A model generated the notes under the pieces. It was not told the origin of the DNA and ran no database searches. It saw nothing but the letters and a program-made list of their open reading frames with translations. A program made the position numbers and the translations under genes. 29,996 bases of DNA from Octopus sinensis (lineage: Eukaryota), in assembly GCF_006345805.1 (NCBI RefSeq), contig NW_021834065.1, forward strand, positions 1 through 29,996. Reading direction: 5' to 3'. Shown piece by piece: positions 20,648 through 29,996 of this stretch; position 1 is the stretch's first letter, and every line of letters starts with the position of its first letter.

Positions 20648-20759
20648 GTATATTTAGGGAAACCACTAGGTGGATAACCATATGCTAGAAGAAGATCACA
20701 TACGATCTATGTGATCTTCTAGTGTATGGTTATCCACCTAGTGGTTTCCCTAAATATAC
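20648..20759. repeat. 112-bp near-perfect palindrome, MITE-like
   Basis: gtatatttagggaaaccactaggtggataaccata-tg-ctagaag(aag)atcacata, a 5-nt loop cgatc, then the reverse complement. Confidence 0.92.
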
Positions 20760-20768
20760 ACACACACG

Positions 20769-20801
<33 letters not shown>

Positions 20802-21929
20802 GTATGTGTGTGTGTGTGTGTGTGTTTGTGTATATATATATATATACACATACACAAGTTTCAGAAGCTCTGAGAAAGCTATAAGGTGATACACAAGCAC
20901 TCATCTCTAAGTGCACTGCACCTTATAGCAGAAGCAGCTGCAAGTCAATGAAGTTGATAATATAATTCCCTTGATATTTATTTGATTTCATATTATGCTC
21001 TGTACTCAGCTAATGCTTTATTCTGAAGCATATGTAAATTGAGTTCTAACACTAGGTGATCAGTATTACTAGGCATAAGCAAAACCTTTCAATATTTATG
21101 TGTATATAGTTTTCTTGTGTGTATATGCATGCGTTTATATATTTCAGAGAAATCCATTACACCATGCAGAAAATTACATCATATGTATGTAATCATTCAA
21201 ATTTAATAGAAGTCAAGGGGAGCTGTTGAAATGTAGATATGTAAATGAAAAACTACTAGTTCTATCTACCAGTTTCAATAAAATAAATTCCAATTTATGT
21301 TTGGAACAGGGTGCTTCTAGACATAACTCTGATAAATGACTGCTAAAAGTTTGAGGTTCTTTTGCTGTGCTGCCATATTTGACCAGCAGCTGATAAATGA
21401 CACTAAATCATGCTAGTATAAGTTTTGTGCTACCTGAAAATTCATATCCCACAACAATTGTTTTAAAGAATAGGCAAATAAAAAATTAATACTTCAACTT
21501 CAGATACATGAATATACTTTTGTGTGTTTGTGTTTATGTTATAATTAACATTTATGCCAGGGAAGTAATGTTTTTTCATTAAAATATGTAAGTTATATTA
21601 AGTAGAATTTTAAAACTGCATGATATGAAAGAAAACTGAAAAAATATTCATATGCAAAGAATGGCATGGTAAAGCATATTATTTGGATATGTACAAAGAT
21701 TTTCTGGCAGGGTAGACAAAATCAAGAGTCTTGTCCAAAAACAGAATGTCTAATACTAGAATGAGAAGAGAAATATGTCAGTGGATAAGCTATTGGATTA
21801 TCTGTTCACAGGTTTTGAGATCAAATTTACATTAAGCATATTTTTGTGTATTAGGCCAGTACACCATTTTTGGATTGGTCTTGGAAAAGGGACTGTGTCC
21901 ATAACGATTGCAGACTCTTCGAGGCAGGT

Positions 21930-22340
21930 GAGATCAAGGCAGTTCATATTTATTTTGAACAATTTAAAAGCCAACAGATGGAAGAAAAAAAAGGAGACAA
22001 AAACGTGCTGGGTGGTGAGGAATTTCCAGAGTGTTGACATGCTGGTTGGAGTGGATTGGGTGAAGTGTTTATTGTTGAACTTAATAGAATATGTAAAAAA
22101 TAAAAAGGTGTATTGCATGAGTGAAGAGGGCTTCAGCATGTGGCATGAGAACAGAGGTTACTGTAGAATCAGTATAAAAAGAAAAGAGAGAGAGACAGCA
22201 TGTTTGTCGACCAGAGGTTGGAGGGAGTTACTGATCAAGGAAACAGCACATCTGTAGGCTAGAGGTTGGATGATGTTGACGAATAAGGAGACAAAAAAAT
22301 ATGTAAGAGTGTGTTGGCAATCAAGAGAATATGCATGTAA
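21930..22340 (-). mobile_element. Decayed CR1/L2/Jockey-group LINE ORF2 3' end
   Basis: Minus-strand frames give SLISNSLQPLVDKHAVSLSFLF and TQSTPTSMSTLWKFLTTQHVF...INMNCLDL. These resemble the LQPL.HRR.VS.LSLFY and SF.PRT..LWN.LP..VFP motifs. Confidence 0.6.
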
Positions 22341-23055
22341 CCAGGAGTAATATTATTTTATTCTTAGTTACCTGGGGGATGGGAACAAGTATTATTGCAT
22401 CATATCTCAAGGAAAGAACTCACTTTCATTCATTTAATGCAGTAAGACTAGAAACAGGTAACTAAAGTCTCCACTTAAGAGTTTTTACAGACACATGCAT
22501 TTTTCTTTTGTTAAAGTTATTTGCCTTAATTGCTTCTTCAGAGAAGGAAGGACAAAATCCACAATTCTTTTTCAGAGTCTGATGGGAGGAAGGTAGGGAC
22601 CTGTCCTAAATGCATTCAATGGTATGGAGCTTTGGAAAGAGGACCCAAGGACTGAATGGAAGTATTAATCCCCATAGTTAAGTCTACAAGCCAATTGCTG
22701 TAGGCTAAGAAAAGAACCAATGACCTGTGTCCATTGAGGTCAGTAGCTTATCCACACAGCAAATACACATTATACATCTTACCAATGTAAATAACATCTG
22801 GAGTAATTAAGGAATTACTAAACATTCTTGGGGAACAACATAATTAACAATGCAGCAACTATGGAGGATAAGAAAATTGATGATCATTAAACTAGAAAAT
22901 TCACTTCATTATAGTTATTCTCCCAAGGTATATAAAACATCAATTACAAATAATTGTAGACTTCTCAGAGGAAATATATAGAATAGGTTGATGAAATAAT
23001 CATATTTATTCTCTAAGCAGGGAACATAAGTCTGTTGTTTTTTTCTTTTTTTCAG

Positions 23056-23356
23056 CCAGGCAAACTGGAGAAAGCAAAATTCCACATTTACTTCAAAGTT
23101 GAATGGTAATTTCCAAATAGAGCATCCAGGTGTAAAAACAATAGCTCCAACAATAATCACGACAAAACATAAAAAAGACCTTCCATTTGAGCAAGTATTG
23201 AAAAGTGAATGTGAATCAGGAAACAGAAGTGCAAAAAGAAAGACAAATATATTTGCTGTTTCAAATACACTTCTTTGCTCTCGTCCATTTTTGCTTCTTT
23301 TCTTTGTATTTTTAATGGGTTTATACCTCCATCCATCTTATAAATTCTTTAAGTAG
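23056..23356 (+). CDS. Candidate (terminal) exon of an unidentified gene
   Basis: A strong polypyrimidine/CAG acceptor ends at 23055. A 100-codon open frame follows (QANWRKQNSTFTSKLNGNFQIEHPGV...PFLLLFFVFLMGLYLHPSYKFFK*), with AATAAA near 23496 and 23536. No homology recognised. Confidence 0.3.
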
Positions 23357-23426
23357 CATGTGGCAATACAGTCAGTTTGCTTCTTTTGCATTTTGCTTTT
23401 TTTCCGCCAAAAACAGGTATTCTACT

Positions 23427-23466
<40 letters not shown>

Positions 23467-24769
23467 ACATGTTGACTAATATTTATCATAACAACAATAA
23501 AAGAATGCATCAAGAGGACATGAAATATCCTCCAGAATAAAACTAGATTGCAATAGTATTTCATTTTAATTTCAAGACCATGCACTTGCATGCATTAATA
23601 CACATTAAAGTAAATTCATATTATCTCCATGAGGATTTGCAGTCACCCTCACTCATGCACTCCCTCTCTCTTTCTCTTATGTACATACATACACAAAGTT
23701 AATGTTAACTGGGATTTCAAATTTCACTTAATTTACCCAACTTATTGTTCATAGTTTGTAAGCAAGAAAACCTATATTGTTTTTAATATTACATGGCTAA
23801 AAAAATATATATAATACTGAGTTTTTTTAAAATATCAAACTAGATGTGAAAGATTCTGCAGAAATAAGCAATCTTGTAGGCTTATATAGTTTAAAATTAT
23901 TACATCAAAAATATCCACTTCTATCTGGTGAACATTATAGAAATGATAGAGCTAAACACACTCAGAAAGTAGGCAAATTCAGAAAAGAAGTCACGTTAAT
24001 TTCATTGAAAAATTAGGTTTTAAAATAACAATTGAAACATGCAAAAACTAAAAATAATAGCTATCACATTAAACCTAGACAATTCAGTATTCTGTTCAAC
24101 ATAAAACCAATTGAATGAGTACATTAATAAACTAATCTAAACTCTGAAAGAAATTTATGAAAAACCTAGTCCATAGTATCTCATTCAAAATGTGCAAAAT
24201 ATCAACAAACAAAACGATTTTCGAAGAACTTTCGCATTATCATGATGAAGCTATAAAAAAGAAAAAAAATGAAACCTAATTTCACAGAAGAAATTAAAGA
24301 GAACAATATTGTAAGAAAACCACTCTAAACATAGAAACAGGAAAAGAAACTGAAGGTATAACCCACTCTATAAACTGCAAGTAAAAACTTCAATAGCTAA
24401 AACATTCTTTTTAACTATATTTAAGAATTAGCTGAAAACCACTATTGTTTTATGTTTTATACATTGGGCTATAAGGATACACACACACACACACACATAT
24501 ATATGGGTGTATGTGCATGTATGTATATGTATTTCTATGTGTGTATGTGCATTTATAATTTCATAATGTAAACATGTATGTATCTTTGAGCATCTGTAGA
24601 TATGTATATTTATAATTTTGGATGCACATATTTACTTTTTTGTCTTTTACTGCATATTCACATTTTTTAATAATCTTACATTTGAATGTATTTATTTCTT
24701 TTTGAAAGTATAGATACATCTGTTTAAGAAATCCAGCTAATGAACTAATCAAACAGATTATGTAACAAT

Positions 24770-26480
24770 GATGATAATAATAATAATAAATTCTACTATA
24801 GGCACAAGGCCTGCAATTTTGAAGTGAGAGGTTTAGATGATTACATAGACCCTAGTAATCCACTGGCACTTATTTTATCGATCCCAAAAGGATGAAAGGC
24901 AATGTGGATCTTGGAAGCATTTGAACTCAGAACCTAAAGATGAACAAAATGCTACCGGGCAAAATGATCACAGTTGAGAAGCCTTTATTCATAGATCAGC
25001 TCAACCCAGAGAAACCTGAAGCTAATAAAATTAGTGTTTGATAGATAGGATGCCAATTTCACAGGAAAAGGGCATTTTATGGCTCTTTTATGTCATTGGT
25101 GATCAAGGTGGATAAAATGCAAATTTGACTGATGGATCTGAAGATGGAGCCACTGGTTATTTAGAAAGTATCAAAAGTAGCAATGCAACTGTGTTTGTCA
25201 TTTCTCTACCCCACCAACGCCAATGATTCTTTCTTTCCACAATGCTTAACTGTTACTGGTATATTGACCCCAGTGCTTAACTGGTTCTTGTTTTATCAAC
25301 CCTGAAGGCAAGGTCGAGCTCACCCCCCCCTAATAAAAAAGTGCACCTAACATAGCCACAAGGGCACAAATTTGGAGTCGGGTTTGGTGGAGTGGAGGAA
25401 GGGATTAGTTGATTAAATTAACTCTAGTACCTGACCGATATTTTCTTTCATCACCCTTGGAATAATGTAGGATAAAGAAGACTCAGAATGCAAAGAGTCA
25501 TCCAATGCTTGAATGATTCTGCGAACCCACTGCTCTTTCTCTTATAATTTATATTGTTTCTTATAAAGAATTAAGATCAGATATTTGGGTTAGGAAGTTT
25601 AGTCAATTAAATCAATCCCTGTATTTTATCAACCCCAGAAAGATGTAAGGCAACATTGACATAAATGAGATCTGAACTAAGAATGCAAGTACCGTAAATA
25701 AACAACACATGGCATTTTGTCCAATATTTAAATGATTCTGTTAACCCATTACCCTTAATAATAATAATAATACTGGTTTCAAATTTTGGCAAAAGGCCAG
25801 CAATTTTTGAAGGTGATTAGTCAACATCATTAACCCCAGCACTTGGCTGGTATCTTATCTTATCAACTCTGGAGGGGAGAATACCAAAAATCAACCTCTG
25901 CAGAATTTGAATTCAGAATAGAAAGAACCAGAACAAATACAGCAAAATATTTTTCTCATGCTTTAACACTAGTTTGCCACCTTTTATAATGATAATGATG
26001 ATAAGTCATAATATTGGCATAAGGCCAAAGATTTTCAGGGGAACAGATTATTCAATTAAGTCAATCCCAGTTCTTGACAGGAGTTCGTTTTTATCAACAC
26101 CATAAAGGTGAAAAGTGAAGTTGGTTTCAGTGGGATATATAATATGATGCAATGAAATCCTGTAATCTTGAGGCCTGTTCTCTAATGATTCTGCTAATTT
26201 CTCACATTGGCACAAAACAAGAGATTTATGTGTGTGTATGAAAGAAAGGGAAGAGAGAGGTGGGAAGGGGTGACAGACACAGAGATACATAGATGGTTGT
26301 GTAGTTGAATTGAAACCCCACTTCCTCAGGAAATTACTAGTACTTATTTTATCACCTCCCCACCAACAGAGGGGTGAAAGGTAAAGTGAACCCTGGCAGG
26401 ATTTGAAATACGAACACAGAGGAATGAAATTAACTGAAATACTGTTATGTTATTTGCAGCATCACACTACCATTTCTGCC
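24770..26480 (-). mobile_element. Cluster of about 7 degenerate, co-oriented tRNA-SINE copies with (ATT)n tails
   Basis: The motif ttttatc(a/g)acccc..aaagg.tgaaagg..aagt and gatttgaactcagaa-like B-box complements recur near 24871, 25291, 25446, 25622, 25860, 26088 and 26345. Confidence 0.7.
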
Positions 26481-27092
26481 CCTCCATCTCTTTCTCTTCT
26501 CATAGGAACCTTAACAACTTTTGACTAGACACAATGTCAATAAAAGCAGGATATAAGTCAATGGAATCAATTTTATTAATTTATTGTTAGTTATTTAATT
26601 GATAATAGAAGAACAAGACACACACCACACACACACACAGAAAAAAATAATATTATTAATAATAAAATAAATCTATCCTGATTGGAGATTTGAACTTGAA
26701 ACAATATAGTACTGAAATATATATGATACATGATGAAGCATCTAACCCATTTCATTATTCCCCTTTTTTTTTCTTTTTTTCTTTACCTTTAGAACTATTT
26801 AGACCAAATCCACCACCAATTCTAATGAATGATAATAATAACAGGTATAACTCTAATGAATGATTATAACAAGAACAACAATACTGATATTATGATATAA
26901 TAGTAAAACGTTCAAACCCAACACAAAATAGTTATCTGTGCATGTAAATATGTTCTGATAATCCATTTTTATGTTTCTTGTTTTTTTTTTTATTTTTATA
27001 ATATTTTTTTTAGAAATATTAAAATAGTAAAATAAAAAAAGCACAAGAAAAATTATATGTATAAAACACAAGTGTATATGTGTGTGCATATA

Positions 27093-27126
<34 letters not shown>

Positions 27127-27405
27127 CATATATATATATACATAAAAACACGTGTATATGTATAAAACACACACGTGTATGTGTATATATACATAAAAAC
27201 GTGTATATGTATTAAACACACACATGTATGTGTGTATGTATGTATATATATATATATATATATATATAAACACATATATGTGTTTGTGTGTGTATATATA
27301 TATATTTATATGTATGTGTTTATTTGTGTGTGTGTGAAATAAACCAAATATTAACCCAAAATTTTGTCAGTTTCAAAAACTCTTTTTTTTTTTCAAGTTC
27401 GAAGA

Positions 27406-27547
27406 TTATATCATCTTTGGAGCTGGTCCTATATCAACCATAAAATGTGTGAATAAAGCATCCTCATGAGAAAAGATAAGTTTGTATTTAACATTATTTA
27501 GTCCATCAAACTTAGCTCTTTTACGTCCAGTCCTCAAAAGTTTGCTC
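27406..27547 (-). CDS. B4GALT: Terminal coding exon of a GT7-family beta-1,4-galactosyltransferase / beta-1,4-GalNAc-transferase (bre-4-like)
   Basis: Acceptor tttttttgtcttgcag|G in phase 2, then (R)SKLLRTGRKRAKFDGLNNVKYKLIFSHEDALFTHFMVDIGPAPKMI*. This matches the GT7 C-terminal signature DGL(N/S)..Y........L(Y/F)T.I.VDIG, and the exon boundary is at the same Arg as in vertebrate B4GALT1. The paralog cannot be resolved. Confidence 0.88.
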
Positions 27548-27824
27548 CTGCAAGACAAAAAAAAGAGGGAAAGATGAAAAAGTGTTGAAATACATAAAAG
27601 ACAAAAAAAAAAGAAGACAATGAAGATATTTTTTACTGCCAAAAAAGAAACAAGGGTGATGGTGATGATGATGATGACAATGGGGAGAAGGATGATAACA
27701 ATCTTAAAAAAGGCATCATAAAATGAGCAGACTCACTGACAAATAAACCAATAATATATATATGAACTAAGTTTTCTTACCAACTAAGTCTTATTTTGTA
27801 TTTGTTTCAGTCCTTGGATTTGTA

Positions 27825-28112
27825 GCCATGCTGGGCTATGCTGGGCCATGTCAGGCCATATTGGACCATGCCAGGCCATGCTGGGCAATGTCAGGCCATG
27901 CTGGGCAATGTCAGGCCATGCTGGGCTATGCAGGGCCATGCCAGGTAATGCTGGGTCATGCCAGGCGATGCTGGACCATGTCAGGTGATGCTGGGCCATG
28001 TCAAGCCATGTCAAGACATGTTGGACTATGCTGGACCATGTCAAGCCATGCTAGGCCATGCTACGCTATGCCAGGCCATGCTGGGCTATGCTGGGCCATG
28101 CCAGGCCATGCT
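27825..28112. repeat. 10-bp minisatellite (GCCATGCTGG/GCCATGTCAG), 28 full units
   Basis: ATG recurs at every 10th position with no indels. It lies in the last intron of the GT7 gene. Confidence 0.95.
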
Positions 28113-28304
28113 CTCTTTTACAACAGCACACCTGTGTTAGTCCTTTTTCTTGTTACCTCTTTATCTCTTTTGGCTGGGTAACCATGTACCTCCTCTACAG
28201 CAACACATCTTTTTCTACCTCTCTGTCTTTCAGATACACTCTAATTTATCACCATCTGACACAAGATCAAATTCTCTAAAGCCCCCTATCCTCTCAAAAT
28301 TCCT

Positions 28305-28617
28305 TGTCATGCAAGTTACTTGGTGACCCTGCTGGTGCTGGTGTCATGAAAAATGCATCAAGTCTACACTGTGAAGTGATTGATATTTGGAAGGGCACCC
28401 AGCTGTAAAAACCATACCAAAATGTGATGGTGCCATGTAAAAAGCATTCAGTCCACTTTATGAGGTGGCTGGTGTTAGGAAGGGTATCCAGCTGCAAAAA
28501 CCATGCCAAAATAGACACAGAAGTCTAGGGCAGTCTTCTACCTGGCCAGCTGCTGTCAAACTGTCCAACCGATGCCAACATGGAAGATGTACATTAAATG
28601 ATGATGATAATGATGAT
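28305..28617 (+). mobile_element. SINE with (TGA)n tail and an internal ~90-bp duplication
   Basis: ggtg.catg.aaaa.gca...ggaaggg.a.ccagctg.aaaaaccat.ccaaaat occurs twice. It ends cattaaatgatgatgat. Confidence 0.75.
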
Positions 28618-28639
28618 CAAACCCAACTAAGACTGTCCA

Positions 28640-28815
28640 TGGTTCTACAATAGAAACTGTCTGTTTTATAGTAATCTAAATTAAAATCTTCCCTCAAAAT
28701 TTCCCGGCAATTTGTTCCAAACACCAGATTATTTTACAAAATTCTTCAATATTTTCAAAAGTAATTAAAACAAAAGTACTGTACTTCAGCAGAAATATGG
28801 GAATGAAAGGGTTAA
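28640..28815. mobile_element. Possible piggyBac-type non-autonomous element end
   Basis: It terminates GAAAGGG|TTAA (CCC terminus plus TTAA target). The other end was not found. Confidence 0.3.
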
Positions 28816-29331
28816 TAAAGTATTATTTGAGAGAGATTTGGTTGCTGTTCTTAGAGTATCCAGTGACCATGTACAAATTTTCTTATTGATTGTTACTGAT
28901 ACATTACGCAGCAGTTGACAAATATCACACTATAAAGGACTTTTTATAATGATTTTAATTTAAAGATAAATGCTTTAGTATGCATGCTGATTGTCTGGTT
29001 GGTTGTGTATATCTTGGCATAGCACAACGTATGTAAAAATGGTAAAATTTCAGAAAGAGATAATAAACAAATAAATAAATAAAATGAATATATAAAATGA
29101 AAGAGAGAATCATCACAATTTTATAATCAACAAAGTTAATTAATTTAGACATCATCATTTCTACTATCGGAACTTATATATATATATATATATATTGCAT
29201 AAAGTGAAACAGATAGCAATTTAAAATGAATTATTAACATTCAAAAGACAGGAACATTTAGTTACCTAATTTATTTTACATATCAAATGACTGATGACTC
29301 TGAGTCTCACTTCATATACATATACACAGTC

Positions 29332-29364
<33 letters not shown>

Positions 29365-29365
29365 G

Positions 29366-29462
<97 letters not shown>

Positions 29463-29628
29463 CAATAATAATAAAGGGTAAAATTAATTAATATATATAT
29501 ATGCATACAAATATATACATGCATGTATATATAGGAATAAGCAAATATATGCATATATATATAATACATTCAATATATATATGTGTTTGTGTATACACAC
29601 ACACACATTCATACAAACATGCACACAC

Positions 29629-29723
<95 letters not shown>

Positions 29724-29761
29724 AATCAAAATCAAATCATATATCAGAAAGCAGGGGTTAA

Positions 29762-29996
29762 GTGACCCATCCGTTCATGTCTGCTGTCAGCCTGGTCTGG
29801 CACCCGTGCCGGTGATACGTAAAAGCACCATTCGCTTGTGGCCGTTTGCCAGCTCAGCCTGGCCCCCGTGTCGGTGGCACGTAAAAGCACCATCCGTTCG
29901 TGTTCGTTGCCAGCCTCGCCTGGCCCCGTGCCGGTGACACGTAAAAGCACCATCCGTTCGTGGCCGTTTGCCAGCTCTGTCTGGCCCCGTGTCGGT
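29762..29996. repeat. ~61-bp GC/CpG-rich tandem repeat, about 4 copies, running off the window edge
   Basis: (cacgt)aaaagcaccatccgttcgtggccgtttgccagc...tggccccgtgtcggtg, with anchors at 29821, 29883 and 29943. It shares the ggtggcacgtaaaaagcac motif with the TGA-tailed SINE. Confidence 0.9.

Noticed and set aside
21775-22257. 160-aa plus-strand ORF
   Set aside because: It is antisense to a decayed LINE 3' end and has no recognisable motif.
23850-24420. A-rich stretch with protein-like fragments (possible decayed RTE LINE)
   Set aside because: Stops in all frames and no diagnostic RT motif that I can confirm.
27784-28279. MLGHAGPCQA repeat ORFs on both strands
   Set aside because: Translation of the decamer minisatellite. 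All frames are similarly open.
783-29765. Dozens of YIYI/CVCV/THTH-rich ORFs
   Set aside because: They are translations of (TA)n/(CA)n microsatellites, which lack stop codons.
27550-29996. Penultimate GT7 exon
   Set aside because: No minus-strand frame matches the expected RY.ML.H motif with suitable splice sites. It probably lies beyond the window.

Overview
AT-rich animal genomic DNA. It is most likely from a coleoid cephalopod (octopus-like), inferred from the SINE families I recognise and the very dense (TA)n/(CA)n microsatellites. Only one host coding segment is confidently recognisable: the terminal coding exon of a GT7-family beta-1,4-galactosyl/GalNAc-transferase on the minus strand (27406-27547). 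The rest of that gene lies beyond the right edge. The left 5.6 kb is a mosaic of decayed transposons: two complementary halves of a DD36E Tc1 element in opposite orientations, a non-autonomous Helitron, a CR1 fragment, two copies of a repeat with a degenerate minimal-hammerhead architecture, and a SINE. Bases 5657-12243 form a hierarchical 10-bp-periodic array of GAAAATTTTC-type arms and CCGGAAATTG-type cores, with strand-polarity switches and a ~2.7-kb duplication. Several unrelated ~105-115-bp near-perfect palindromes and one 314-bp foldback are scattered through the window. CpG content falls sharply at about 15 kb, which suggests a methylated domain to the right. Most listed ORFs are artefacts of simple repeats. 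All counts and alignments were done by eye, and no database searches were run. I found no clearly new protein-coding system; the most unusual signals are DNA-structural.
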